DNA from: Amphiscolops sp. MND2022
Lineage: Eukaryota
DNA length: 64,000 bases
Assembly (NCBI GenBank): GCA_964187785.1
Contig: OZ076411.1
Span: forward strand, 87,730,001-87,794,000
Direction: 5' to 3'
In this document: positions 48,168 to 62,545 of the stretch, piece after piece
Numbering within the stretch: position 1 is the stretch's first letter
Layout of the letters: each line of letters starts with the position of its first letter
The notes under the pieces: model-generated
Database searches by the model: none
What the model was told of the DNA's origin: nothing
Seen by the model: only the letters and a program-made list of their open reading frames with translations
Made by a program: the position numbers and the translations under genes

Positions 48168-49819
48168 TGTTGTAATATGCTACGCAAAAGAGAAGTTTGT
48201 CACAAGTGACAAAGTACCTGCCAAATGAACACAATGTTCGGACAAGAGAATAAAGACCACCATGTTGGTCTGCGAACATTGAATACAAGTTGTACTTTCT
48301 CACACTTCTTTTAACCTAGCTGTTAACTATTACATGGCGCTGCGAGCAGAAAATTAACCATTATCAGGTATGCCCGTGTTTTGGCAAGATCCTGCCACCA
48401 AAAAACAGCATGAATGGAGACGCTGGATAGAGCGTTTCGAAGCTACCTTGATGGCAAATTCGTGTTTTTCACTGGAAGAATTGACAAGAGATGATACGAC
48501 AACAAACCCAAGAGAAAAAACTAACGGGAGGAGCAGAAGAAAGCATCGCAGAGGGAAAAGCCCTGAGTTGTCTTCAAATAGCTCTCGGCGAAGCTGCCAG
48601 AAAGACACTGCTTGATAGAAAAACCAAAATGGATATCAAAACAACAAAATTGAAGGATCTATTACAAGAGTGCAACAACGCATTCCAAAAGAAGAGAGTT
48701 AGACTGATGGATCGCATCAAGTTCCTCAATAGAAAACAAAACGAAGATGAAAGCCTTGAACAATTGCGGGACGCGCTAAACGGAATTGCCTCAAACTGTG
48801 ATTTCGACACTCAAACCACTGGATTGGTCTACGGCATATTTGTGTCAAATATGAAGAATATGGTAGTACAAGAACGATTATTTACCGAACCGTTGCCTTC
48901 GAACAAGGAGCGTAACAAAAGAAGACAATTTGTATCAAACCGACGAATATAAAAGAGGAACCAGAGTTTCCCGTAGAAAAGAGCAACGAAGTTTACAAAT
49001 GTGGCAAAAAACCATTCTTTATGGGTCACCAAAAGATATGTGAGGCGAAAAACGTACAATGGAGAAGTTGTGGAAAAACAGGACACTATGCCCGAATGTG
49101 TCCCATAAAACAAGCCGAGACAAAAACAAATAAAGCACCACAGTAGAGGAAAATCAACGCCGTTCATCACAAATCTACCTGGAGCAGCTCAGTAGACGAA
49201 TCAGGCGAAGAGGTAGAAGAATTTCACATCGACGAAGAAAAGGTGCACTCCAACAAACCCTTCGTACGCAAAGGAAAATTCAACAAGAAGCCAATTCACG
49301 CCCTTATTGATACTTGGTCACCCATTACCATCTTTACGAAAACCCATGTAGAAAAGATGTACGAAAGAAGGTAGAAATTGCAATCACTGGGCGAGAACGA
49401 AAAATACATCGACTAACAGTAGCAATAAAATCAAGTTTCTGGGAGCTATCAAGTAGAATTAGGAATGAAGAAACTGGATAAAGTCAGAGCCTTGATAGCG
49501 GAAATCGGAGCACGAACTTTGATAGGCAAAGATTGGCTGAGAGGATTGGGGATCAAGTTAAAGACAAAAGGTAGTAAGTGCGAAATTAATTATGTAAATG
49601 AGCCCCCAAACAAATTGGTCACCGAATTCAAAGAAATGTTCTCAAGACAGGGTTGTGTAGAAGGAAACGAAATAAACGCCGAATTTAAAGAAAATTGTGT
49701 ACCAAAACATCAAAAGGGGTGTCGCATTCCCCTGCAACTAGGAAATTCCGTTGAAAAAATACTAGGAAATTTACTGCAAAGCGGACACATAGAACAAGTA
49801 AGCGAAGTAAAAGACGATG
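48168..49819 (+). mobile_element. Duplicated 5' part of element 3 (LTR 48168-48334, PBS, gag/protease remnant)
   Basis: Matches 50476-52126. Confidence 0.9.
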
Positions 49820-50166
49820 TTTTCAGTTCCATGTTTTTTCACTAGTTTCGATATTCGATACGCAATGAGGCAACGTGAATAATGCTCACAACTAAAATTG
49901 ATGTATAATTTATGCATACTTGTGAGTGTGCGAATTGATGCGGACTCTTGAAAGATTTTGTCAAAAAAATGTCTTTGAATCAATCAAAAGAGCATAAATG
50001 AATCTTGAAAAAAAACTGGTACTTGCAAGTTTTCGTCGTAGGCATCATTTCAGTGGACCTAGTCAAACACCGTACCACTTTTTACATGCAATTTTTACTT
50101 GTTAAAGTCCATAGTTGAAAAGCTTGAAGTTTCATGGGAAGTGGTTTATTCGGCCCTACCTGTCAG

Positions 50167-50272
50167 GTCTCCCATGACAGGGTGAACTCAGGGTATACTG
50201 AGCAGCCCAACCGAACAGCCACCCCAGCTACCCCCTCGGCACACAATCAGTCAGCAGGACCGAACAATCAAG
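50167..50272 (+). CDS. Duplicate of exon 47858-47963
   Basis: Same sequence and splice sites. Confidence 0.5.
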
Positions 50273-50475
50273 GTATTTTTACATTTTTGAAATACTTTTA
50301 GGAATCGGAAAATTTTTAAACGATGCTGGTTTTTATATCCACAATAATTGCTACCAAAATAAAATGCGTTCTTCTATAACCTTGTCAGTGCTAACAGACC
50401 TCGAAGAACCAAAAAAATATTTCGGAATCTTTGGTTGTTGATCAAAAAAGTTTTTTTTTGTTGGTGACCATTGAC

Positions 50476-53400
50476 TGTTGTAATATGCTACGCAAAAGAG
50501 AAGTTTGTCACAAGTGACAAAGTACCTGCCAAATGAACACAATGTTCGGACAAGAGAATAAAGACCACCATGTTGGTCTGCGAACATTGAATACAAGTTG
50601 TACTTTCTCACACTTCTTTTAACCTAGCTGTTAACTATTACATGGCGCTGCGAGCAGAAAATTAACCATTATCAGGTATGCCCGTGTTTTGGCAAGATCT
50701 TGCCACCAAAAAACAGCATGAATGGAGACGCTGGATAGAGCTTTTCGAAGCTACCTTGATGGCAGATTCGTGTTTTTCACTGGAAGAATTGACAAGAGAT
50801 GATACGACAACAAACCCAAGAGAAAAAACTAACGGGAGGAGCAGAAGAAAGCATCGCAGAGGGAAAAGCCCTGAGTTGTCTTCGAATAGCTCTCGGCGAA
50901 GCTGCCAGAAAGACACTGCTTGATAGAAAAACCAAAATGGATATCAAAACAACAAAATTGAAGGATCTATTACAAGAGTGCAACAACGCATTCCAAAAGA
51001 AGAGAGTTAGACTGATGGATCGCATCAAGTTCCTCAATAGAAAACAAAACGAAGATGAAAGCCTTGAACAATTGCGGGACGCGCTAAACGGACTTGCCTC
51101 AAACTGTGATTTCGACACTCAAACCACTGGATTGGTCTACGGCATATTTGTGTCAAATATGAAGAATATGGTAGTACAAGAACGATTATTTACCGAACCG
51201 TTGCCTTCGAACAAGGAGCGTAACAAAAGAAGACAATTTGTATCAAACCGACGAATATAAAAGAGGAACCAGAGTTTCCCGTAGAAAAAAGCAACGAAGT
51301 TTACAAATGTGGCAAAAAACCATTCTTTATGGGTCACCAAAAGATATGTGAGGCGAAAAACGTACAATGGAGAAGTTGTGGAAAAACAGGACACTATGCC
51401 CGAATGTGTCCCATAAAACAAGCCGAGACAAAAACAAATAAAGCACCACAGTAGAGGAAAATCAACGCCGTTCATCACAAATCTACCTGGAGCAGCTCAG
51501 TAGACGAATCAGGCGAAGAGGTAGAAGAATTTCACATCGACGAAGAAAAGGTGCACTCCAACAAACCCTTCGTACGCAAAGGAAAATTCAACAAGAAGCC
51601 AATTCACGCCCTTATTGATACTTGGTCACCCATTACCATCTTTACGAAAACCCATGTAGAAAAGATGTACGAAAGAAGGTAGAAATTGCAATCACTGGGC
51701 GAGAACGAAAAATACATCGACTAACAGTAGCAATAAAATCAAGTTTCTGGGAGCTATCAAGTAGACTTAGGAATGAAGAAACTGGATAAAGTCAGAGCCT
51801 TGATAGCGGAAATCGGAGCACGAACTTTGATAGGCAAAGATTGGCTGAGAGGATTGGGGATCAAGTTAAAGACAAAAGGTAGTAAGTGCGAAATTAATTA
51901 TGTAAATGAGCCCCCAAACAAATTGGTCACCGAATTCAAAGAAATGTTCTCAAGACAGGGTTGTGTAAAAGGACACGAAATAAACGCCGAATTTAAAGAA
52001 AATTGTGTACCAAATAAACAAAAGGGGAGTCGCATTCCCTGCAACTAGGAAATTCCCTTGAAAAAATACTAGGAAATTTACTGCAAAGCGGACACATAGA
52101 ACAAGTAAGCAAAATAAAAGACGATGTTTTCATTGAGCAGACAGTTTTGACGGTAAAACGGGACAAAACGATAAAAATAGCCATGAACGCTAGAGAAATG
52201 AATGAAGACATGAAGAAAGATCAATATCAAAATCTGCATTTAGACGATTTACTAAATACACTAGCGGTAACAATTACGGCTAAAGACGGTGAGAAAGTAT
52301 TGTTTACGTCAGAAGATCCTAAACACGCATTCGGACAAGTTCTTTTAAACCCAGAATCGGCAAAACACTGTAATTTTGCAAATACAGCAGGAAACTGTCA
52401 GCGGCATATATCGTTTTAAAACGGGTTTTTATGGGCTCACAGTAATGACACCAGAATTTTAACGAATAATGGAAGATTTTTTAATTATTAGAGAACGTTT
52501 TTATCTTTATAGACGATATATTAATGGTAACCAAGGGAACCAAGGAAGAACACGAAGAGAAGGTTAAGGAGGTTTTAAAAACTTAGATAGTAGTAAATTA
52601 CAACTGAATGAAGAAAAATCTAGATTAGCGGAAAACGAAATAGATTGGTTAGATTCAGCATTTCTGAAAAGGGGAGAAAACCGCTAAACAAGCAAATACA
52701 GAGAATACAGAGAAAAAGAAACCCAAACATTTGATGAACTTAGATCATATTTGGGAGCAGTAAGTCATTTAATAAAATTCATCCCGGGTCTAGCTCTATT
52801 GACCGAACCTTTCAGAGACTTACTAAAGAAAGAAGAAACGTGGGAATGGAAAAAAGCACGATATAGTCTTTGCAAAACTACAAAAGAGCGTGAAAGAAAT
52901 CATCGAAATGTGACATTTCATTTTAATCGATTAAGCAAAGTGCGCATAGTCTGTGACGCCAGCCACGAAAGATTAGGAGCATTACTAATGCGGAAAAACG
53001 AGAATAATTATTGGGAATTGATACCGTGAGCGTCAAGATACCTATCAGACTACGACTCCAGATATTCCACGAATGAATTAGAAATATTGGCTATAGTTTG
53101 GACTGTAGAACATTTTCCTAATTACGTATACGGGTTAAAATTGGAAGTAATTCAGGATCACAAAGCGCTTGAAACTGCATTAAAAAGTAATCACGGAAAC
53201 GAAACATCTTCCAGCAGGCTTACTAGATGGATAGATAGACTTCTACCACTCGATAGGGAAGTAGTTCACCAGCCAGGGTGAACAATGGGAATAGTCAACT
53301 TTTTATCTAGACATCCAAATAATTACAATGAGTATGAATGATCAAAAAGCCCAAAAAAAACTTTGGGAAAGCTGGTTTGTACTTAATTCAGTAGAAGCGA

Positions 53401-55454
53401 ACGGAGAATATCATGACCAGCTACCTACCAATCAGCGGTGGAACAAATTGTTCAATCAGCCAATAGGCGCGCAGGAAGATGAAGACGTGAAAGTAAGTTC
53501 TGAAAGGTCCGACCGTCTTGAGTGCGAGAGTTAACAAGCCAAAATGATTCGATTACAAATTAGCCATGAACAAAACTCTACACGCAATTCATTTAGAGCG
53601 AACAAAAATCCAAAAGTTAAACAAATTGTTCAACTCAAGGAACCTGAAACTAAAACTTCTCCTTTTGCAATCAATTATATCGAAGAATGCACGACATCAG
53701 CACAACTGAATCTTGAATTAAAATTCGTAAAAATCTAGACTTTTGGAAAATTAACCGACGGCCTATTATTGGCGAATTACCAAGCTGATTGCAGCTTGCA
53801 AAACGTTCGTGACGCTATTCTGAGGCGAGATATCAAATTATCAAAAAGAGAAAACAAATTGTTCCGACACGTTTTCAATAATTCACGCGTAGACCGAGAA
53901 TTAATTTACTTTGAAAATCGGCTTGTTATTCCCAAAGACACGAGGCAGGCTGTACTTAATAGTATACATAGCGGACATAATGGAAGAGATGCCATGCTGG
54001 GATCAGTGGAGGAGGTTTGCTGGCCTCAGATCAATAGTCAAATTGTGGCGTGCGCAAAAAGATGCTCAAACTGTCAAAAAGCAGGTACAACTGTTGAGCC
54101 AATAAAGAAACAAGGTGAATTTGAAACCATAAGAATAATCAAGTCAAGTAAATGGAAAGATTGCTTTAGATTTTTGGGACCATTTGTTGAAGCCCCTGAA
54201 AACAGAAAAAATCTGCTAGTTGCGATAGATCATTTTTCAGCATATCCCTCATTGAAATTTGTAAAAAGCACCAACATAAAAGGGGTCGAAAAATTTTTGC
54301 TAAGTACATAAGTGACAAAGGGATTCCCCAAATGATAGGAACAGACTAAGCATCGGTATTCTTGGGAACTGAATTTAAACAGCTCAGAAAAGAATTTTTA
54401 ATTCGTCATATAGTATGTCCAACTTACGACCATAGAGGAAACGGGAAAGTCGAAAGACTCATTAGAACAGTTAATGAGAGACTAAGAGCAAACCCAGAGT
54501 TGTTAGCGGAAAAGCAGAACAAATTGGTCTATCAGCTAGCGAGTGCACCAAGATCTAGTAAAGGAAAGGACGGAAAAACTTCGTTCGAGAGACATACTGG
54601 CCAAAAACCAAATACAATGACATCCAAAATAGTCGAATTGTACAAAAAATTGAACAATTTTGATTATGACATGACAGTGGATCTCAATAAACTCGAAGAT
54701 TTTCCCCGTGATGATGACTGCACAATATTTGTCCGAGAATGACAAAAGAAAGGGAAACTGGCGAGCATTTTGAAGAAATGGAGGGGAAAGGTGACATCGG
54801 AGACTATACACACGGTAAAGTTATTCCCGAAGGCAAAAAGGAAGGAGTGACCCTGTCAACGACAGAAATAGCCCTAGAACCAAAAACAGCGAAAACAGAA
54901 AGTTCCCAAACGTGCAGAACAATATGCACTACAAGAAATGGAAAGGAGCTGATCCGAAGTGACTACCCAAGTCTTCGCGGAACTGGAGCAAGGAGAAATT
55001 GAAGAAGGAAGGAGAAAAGGAAGAAAGACCGCAATCTGCCCGTATGGGGAGAAACCGGAGAGCCCCAGATCGATACGGCTTACCCGTATAAATTGGCGGA
55101 GTTGAAAAAAAAACCGGCTAAAAGTAAACTCATTAAACACCTTTTAGAGACGTCTTACAGTCGTGTTTTTCATAAGTTGATTACCGTACCTAACGTGTAC
55201 ATTTTTGTTATTACACGTTCTTCTTAGTACGTTGTTATGATACTTGTATTGCCTTGAAATTCCCAACGGGTAATTGCTTCCGGGGAATATTGTAGTATGC
55301 TACGCAAAAAAGCAGTTTGTCACAAGTGACAAAGTACCTGCCAACTGAACACAGTGTTCATACAAGAGAAAAAAGATCACCATATTGGTCTGAGAACATT
55401 GAATACAAGTTGCACTTTCTCACACTTCTTTTAACCTAGCTGTTAGCTATTACA
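50476..55454 (+). mobile_element. Old degraded Ty3/Gypsy (element 3), intronic
   Basis: 167-bp LTRs (50476-50642, 55288-55454) with 14 differences; TSD TTGAC; PBS TGGCGCTGCGAGCAG; fragmented CDAS RNase H, HSGH..CSNC and GKVER integrase motifs. Confidence 0.93.
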
Positions 55455-58400
55455 TTGACTTCAAGACCTTTTGGATAGATTCAAAAAAGACTCAAATATG
55501 AAGTTTGACTCAAAGATTTCATTCTCTACCAGGTGAACGAAAAACGAAACGCACAAAATTTTTACGCTTTAATATCGTAATATTTGTAATCAAGGCATTG
55601 ATAATCTTTCACTTTCTCTGTCAGTTATCGCCTCATTACGCAATCAAATCTTGAACAAGGAAGGATCCAAACATTCAGAAAATACTTTAACAGTCATTTT
55701 GTTCTCTATTTGATGTGTGAAAGTTCATTTGCTTGGAAGAAAAGATGTCAAAGTGAATGACTGACAAACTGAATTGCAATGTTCAAAGTAGTTTCGAAGC
55801 AATTGTTGACAGATATTTTAATTTTGAGAGCTCAAACATTTAGTTTTAAGATCACTCGCCATCGCATCGAACAGGAAGCAATTTCTTGAACTTAGTTTTA
55901 AGTGCCAGCCCAATCTGTCTGATGCTGTCGTGGAAAAATGAAAAATGCTATTCAAATAAATGATAAAAGTTTCAACCTCAACTGAGCTGTCTATCAAAAA
56001 TTAAAATGGCATTTAGAACCATCCAATTCCTCGATTTGCATCTCTCCTTAGAAAATGGCGCTACACACCAAAAAGTTGAAGACATAGGATTTGGCTAACG
56101 AAAAATTTGGCTAATGAAAAATTGCGCAATACCTTTCATATTACAAAAAAATCTCACAAGCGCACGTCTCCAAAATTTTGTTCAGAATTACAATGATATT
56201 TTTTGTTTTGAAATTGAATGAAAATTACCTAACTTTTTCTTAATATTTTGAAGATTTTTCGATCTTTCTTACGCATTTTTTCAAAAACTGCTGGTCTCGA
56301 TGGTGTTGGAGCCTTAGCGGTTTAAATCTTTTTTCAAAACATTTTTCCTGAAAAGGCTCCTTTTACAAAAATGAACTTCCAAAAACTTGCCATTTTAGAG
56401 AAAGTGTTAAGGTCGAAAGTTAGACATTTGAATCAAAGTACAAAGTTTTGGAAGGCATCTGCTGTTACAACAGAAGTTTTGAAGGAATTGCATGATGAGT
56501 TCCAGGAAAACAAGTTGAGTCTTACTTTTATTATTTTGGCTTCATTCCAAAACAAACATTGCCCTTGAAAATTTGATCGAAAGTAATTTGTGAGAAAGTT
56601 TTGCTCCTATAACTTTTTTATCAATTGATAATGCAAAACTTTATTGCGATTCAATATTATTAGTTCAGCGAAATTATGTGTTTCCAGTTTTTTTATATGT
56701 CTCTACTGTATGCGACATAAACGAGGCAAATTGACTTAGGTTGGAAATACCGGCCAAACATGTCTTGTTTGTCCTCTAATCGAAAAAATAGTCTTGTTTC
56801 TGCCCTCTTGTGGTTGTTGCACAAAATTGGCAAGCGACAAAATGAATTTTAGAAATTTCTCCCCCCCCCCGCACTTTTTAAAGAAAACAAACTCAACATT
56901 ATATTTGACTATAACATTCAATATTTACTCGAATAAATGTTTTCCTTTGTTTTGTTGTCTCCACACTATTAGAGTAGTTTTCCGCTTGAACAAAACATTG
57001 TTCACACAATTTGACTAATTATGTTCGTATTGAGTGTTTATTGATGACTCAAAACAGGAAGCTGTTGATTTCTTCATGAGAAATGCGTAACTACATAGGG
57101 AAAAAGTGTGAACAAAGTTTGTATCTGAATCCTAAACTGTCACCCTGACAATAAATTTAAAACACAACTGTTTCATTGGAAACGCAATCGAGATATAATT
57201 AATTGCAAAAACATCATCTTGAAAAGTGTGGGGAAAAGGAAAAAGTTCCGTAAAACTTTCGAAACGTTCTTGTGAACTTTCTGTGTGTTTCTGGGTCATC
57301 TAGAGTACTATATCGCAAACAAAAACTAGTTTAGTCACAGTGTTGACGTGAATCTTGAAGACTAAGTAAAAACAAGTTGAAGTAGAAATGTGTATTGATG
57401 AAGATTAATTAAATGATTTCGTGACTGTCTGTTTTTAAAGGCTTTCGCAAAGTGAATCGCACTGAAGTCAGAGATTTAGACAGAGTACCAGTCGTTATTC
57501 ACAAACAGTGTTATCAATTTGTCATTCATACCACGACTACACACAGCTTGTTTTTCAAGGACATGAGGCAACAATTCAAAAGTTCTCAAAATGTGTCCTC
57601 AATAAGTTATCAATAAATTTTGAAGGGAGTTCAGTCATGCTTTTCTTTTGCAATTTGATTATATGCTGAAAAGTTATGAGATCCACTTTTTTCCCAATTT
57701 TGGATGTTTTTGGCTGTCCATTTAGAACATTTTTGTTGTTCTCGTAAAAAGTTTGCGACATTTATGATAAACTGATGAGTTTCTCGAGTTTCGTTTGAAA
57801 AATATGCAAGTGATGATTTTCATAAATCATCATATTAAAAAAATAATATACCCAATATCAAATCCATCAGCTAGGACGTCTAATGCCCAAAAGAGATGTC
57901 ATACACCGAGGCCCAACCAACCGCCATTCCCTAAGTTCAGACAAAGATCTTTCAATATGGGAAATGGAAATGGACCGCTGACCTGTTACAGCAGAATAAG
58001 AAACAACCATCCCATTAGTGCGTGCCGAAACTTAGTGCCACACTTAGACACTCCGCTCTCTCCCCCGCTGTGGACAGATGCCCTGACTTCGAGGTGAGCG
58101 CCCCCAGCAACTAGTGTCCTCAAGTTTCCACCCCAGCGGACTCGATTTCCAATCACTTTAGAGGGATGACGGTGTCAGAAGAAACAACTATGGTGGGCTA
58201 GTCAGCCTGCGTGGTTTGTGGCAAACTTGTGGAGCAACTACAATCAGACGCGGTGACGGATTATTCAAACAACACATCAGTGCTAGGAGAGACCCTTGCT
58301 AAACGAGAGACGAGGAGGAGAGCCTTCTTAGACGGGATGTCGGCAGGTACTTTTCTACTCATGCCAGGGGGAGTGTCCAGGGGGTACTCCATTGCCTATA

Positions 58401-59319
58401 ACCACTACAACACTCTCCCTCGCACCCCCCTTGCTTAGGTAAAAGTGACAGGCTGTCCAGACAATAAAACTGAAACTTATCTTATGTTTTGTAATTACTT
58501 TCCTTCATGACGTTCAACATATTTTACTGTTAAAACATGTAATTGATGCAATGTATTCATTATGTAAATGTTTACTGAGTTGTTTGAAATTGGACAGCAA
58601 GGCGTACAGGCAGAGGAAACGAGTTCAAGTGTTTCCTCTCCTGTTGCTGCGGACCAAACAGTCCAAATAGATATTGACCAATCACATCTCAGCATTTAGC
58701 TGAATACTCTAATACAGTGCTTTTAATCGTGGACATTATGGCCACGCGCCGCTTACCTTCCAATATTGATGTACTTGTTAAGGTAATGGGACACTGAGTC
58801 CAAATTAACCGGTGCTTTCATTGCTGTAGTAATAAACTTAATTTGAAGACTAATGATGCATACATTTATACTCTTACAAATAAAATTGCTACAATTGATC
58901 GCCCCCCCCTTTTGGATCAAAAGCCGTATTAGACCAAGTCCAAAAAAGGAATGCCCAAAACATGTATTGATTGTATGAATGATACATGCAGTGTTGCTAT
59001 CATGATCATGAAAGTGCAGTTGTCTTTTAAGGTCGTTAGTGGAAATGAGAGGACGGGAATGGCAATGTGCCGCCTTTGAAGTGACCAATAGGTCATTACG
59101 TCATGTTGTCTATAAATAGTTGATGCTATTTTTAGATTAGTTTTTAGCTATTTTTAGATCATGATGTTAGTATTTTGGATAGTCATGCAAATGGTCCTAT
59201 AAATACCCGGGACAGTTGGACCGGGGGACACAATTTTGTAATTTTGCAGCCTATCAAACGCTTATTGTTTTGTTTGCAAGCCTAAAATAATTGAATCTTA
59301 CCTCTTGTAATAAGTTCTT

Positions 59320-59961
59320 ATGCCTTCCACTAGAAAGCAAAAGGCGAAAGCTAGAAAATCAAGGGAAATGGACATGATGTCCGACTTTGAAAACATGGAC
59401 GTAATGATTGGGAATGAGAACATTAACTCAATTGAACAAGAACTTTCAAATATGATTGGAATAGAGGAAAATAATCGAGACATTGAGTCTAATCTCCAAT
59501 CTGCAGAGTGTGAACCTCGTGAAAATGACTTTGGACATTACGTCCATGAAAATGCAGTTCCTAGGCCAGATAGGTTTGAAGAGACACTGGAGAGCTTCAC
59601 TAGCGAATTCAATATGAGACTTTCCCAAGAAATGGATTCAATGATGGCCCGAATGCATAGTCAGATAAACAGGGCAATTAACACGGCAATAGCCGAGAGA
59701 GTAATTCCAGAGATCCAAAACATAGTGTTTTTGATTTCATCCTCAGGGAATCGAGACACTGAGGCTAGTTCGTCCCCTAATAGTCAAGAGAATGCTGAAA
59801 CGAACAATGGGTTTAAAAATAAAATTACAAAAAAGGACTCACGGTCTACTGGTGACCTAGAGACAGTAGTCCTTACACTCATATTTGAAACTTTGCTGGA
59901 AGACAATGCTGGAGCTCATATACCGGCGGAAATTTTTGTGGTTTCTCGAAAATGGTGTTGA
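59320..59961 (+). CDS. Single-exon 213-aa ORF with basic N-terminus and helical segment, probably TE-derived
   Basis: ATG, TATAAATA about 120 nt upstream, no intron; no recognised domain. Confidence 0.4.
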   Translation: MPSTRKQKAKARKSREMDMMSDFENMDVMIGNENINSIEQELSNMIGIEENNRDIESNLQSAECEPRENDFGHYVHENAVPRPDRFEETLESFTSEFNMRLSQEMDSMMARMHSQINRAINTAIAERVIPEIQNIVFLISSSGNRDTEASSSPNSQENAETNNGFKNKITKKDSRSTGDLETVVLTLIFETLLEDNAGAHIPAEIFVVSRKWC

Positions 59962-60970
59962 AGTTCTGGAAAACTAGTTTTCAAACTCGCCAAGTTTTAA
60001 TATAATCAAACATTTGAGACCTGTTTCAAAAGGCAGAGTTGCGAAGCCGAGTTTCTGAGCACTTAAAACGTTTTATTCATGAAACAATCTAGTCAATTTC
60101 TGACGAGTATAGACAAGAACTTTTCTAAAATTAATCTGGGAGGTTTCACCCGATACCAAGAAGTGCTAACTAGTTTGATATTATTTCAAATATTCCATGA
60201 GGTTATTCAATTGAAAGTTTTTAATTTAGTCCTATTTCTTTTTCACAGTACTCTAGTTTTATTCTAGTTTGAATTTTTCCCTATGGAAACATGATTTTTA
60301 ATGCTGGTACACAGAACAGAAAATTGTGGAAATCTTTTCGACACAATTTGGTAATTTACACAAATTAAAGCGACAATGAGCGCATCTAGGTCTTATGCGT
60401 ACATCTCGGCAAATGATCTCCGATTGTCCAATAAGGTTGCCTTTTCGTATTTCCCTGGACAAAAGCAAAGCTTCAAAAGATTTCAGTTGTTCAGATGGAA
60501 TTGGCATACCCTTCTGCGATATAGAATCGAATTACGTTTATCTCCTAAGAAACATTTTTGAGTTTCTTGATATAGACTTCCAACAAAAAAAAAACGAAAA
60601 ACGGGAAAAGTTATCTGGATTTTTTCTGGAAAAATTGATCCACTGGTTTTTAACGTTATTAGTTATAATGAAGCTCTGAGGAGACTTATAAAGAAGACTG
60701 CATACTTCGAAATTTTAACCAAAAAAATGCAGAACAGCGTCTTTGTTTTCAATCCTCAGCATCCCACCGCATAAACACCAAACCTCTACTTCACAACACT
60801 TAAAAAACTCAATCTTTTTGTCTTTTCAGGTTTCCCCTCAAAAAACGTCATGCTTTTGAGAGAGAACTTTTCGGGAGTTGTTTTGATAATGTATTCAATC
60901 ATCCTACTACTTACTAATTGACTCCTGATCAAATAAATTTTTAGACAAATATGCTCCTTTTGTGTTTCAG

Positions 60971-61105
60971 TCGTTGTTCACAGTCCGAATTTGGGCGGAA
61001 CTACCAGTCAGCAACCAACCGAAGTGTCGCGTGACAATGTGAACTCGGAGCAGTACGGAGGGTTCACAGAACCAGCAAGTGTAGATAACGAAGCTTTGTC
61101 ACGAG
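60971..61105 (+). CDS. Host exon, phase 1 to 1
   Basis: TTTCAG acceptor, G/GTATTT donor; TEVSRDNVNSEQY. Confidence 0.65.
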
Positions 61106-62545
61106 GTATTTCTTTGCTCTTATGATTTGAATTTTGCATTTAATTTTCGATCATCAAAGGCACAGTTTGCGGCCGACGTTTCTGGTTTTAAACGTGGAAG
61201 ATGTGTAGTCAGAATAGAATTAAATTTGGAAAAAATGCTCTATCAAATATATATTTTCAATGACTATTTATTGATCATAATCCAAGATTACATGTATACC
61301 CTTACATAATAAGGATAAAAACGTGGGCAAAATTATTTTTCCTTTTTTGCAGGATTCCCCCAAAACTCAAAATTGTCTACTTGTAAAGCTTATAACTATA
61401 ATTAGTCTATAATTGGTTTAACTATTGGATTCAGTTTTATATGCATACGTGAAACAGAAGAGTGAAAACAGAAACTATCTTTTGAAAACAGAAGAGTGAC
61501 TGTAAAAGATTTTTTATTTTAGTTTACTAAATGTACCCAAAAAAAACCAGTGGCACTGCCATAGTTTTCCGACAATTTTTAAAAATAAAATTACAATATG
61601 TTACACGAAACAACGCCATGTTTGCAAAAAAATCGACATCTTTTTCTGTCATCGTTTGTCATAGAACAGGCAACTTGGGTAGAAATGATATTTTCCGCCC
61701 ACATAAAATGGGGGAGGAAAATCATAATCTGTGTTAAGTTTTTTCCAAATTTTGCCAAATCTCCATCAGTTTCTTCTGCCAGTTTCTCCATCCACTTCAC
61801 TACGTTTTTATAGCTACTTGACTATTTTATAGCCACTTGACTTTTTAGTTACTTGACTAATTTTTTAAATTATATTATAATTAATATGGCCCGGATGGCA
61901 GTTTCTCTGATTTAGTTACTTTTACTAATTCGTTTTTACTGAGGAGGAAGCAAAAATTTGAAAATATTGCTCTATTTCCGAATTTTCGACGTTATATCGG
62001 AACTAAATTGCAATTTACTAAAGAGTAGGAGGATGCTCGAAAAAGTGCGCTCCCAAATCCCACCAAACTTTTGACGTTACATCCGAAGTGAATTGTGTTT
62101 TACTAAAGAGGAAGCGTAGGTTCGAAAATGTTACGCTATATCCGAAATTTGACGTTATACCGAAGTAAAGTGCATTTTACCAAGGATGGAAATTTTTGAT
62201 TAGGCGTCTATTGTTAGTCAATTGAAGGCGGAAAATATCCCGGTGCATAGCGGGTGTCTTGCTAAAAACATGTTTTGAATCACAAAATGGTATTGTTCCG
62301 TTTTTTTTTAATTTCATAAATCAGCAGAAGACTGCATTAATATGTACCGATGTTTGGAAAAGGTACTAATAAAAAGTGAAACTAATAAATTCTGATCACT
62401 TGGGCATTATTTTTGTCGGCTTAGGATAACCGAAATTCTTTCCACTAATAGAGAACATTAACAAAAAACAAAGCGAAATCTTTTTTTGGAAAAAGACGAG
62501 TTACTGTGAAAGATTTCATGTTTGAGTTTACTAAGTGTACCGAAG

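Larger units (their letters stand above)
47512..52132. repeat. 2.3-kb tandem duplication (47512-49819 and 49820-52126)
   Basis: Offset about 2308; TTTTCA microhomology at 47512, 49820 and 52127; about 99% identical. Confidence 0.95.

Noticed and set aside
48168-52126. Two independent or nested insertions of element 3
   Set aside because: Both 5' LTRs share the same upstream host flank and TTGAC, explained by one tandem duplication.
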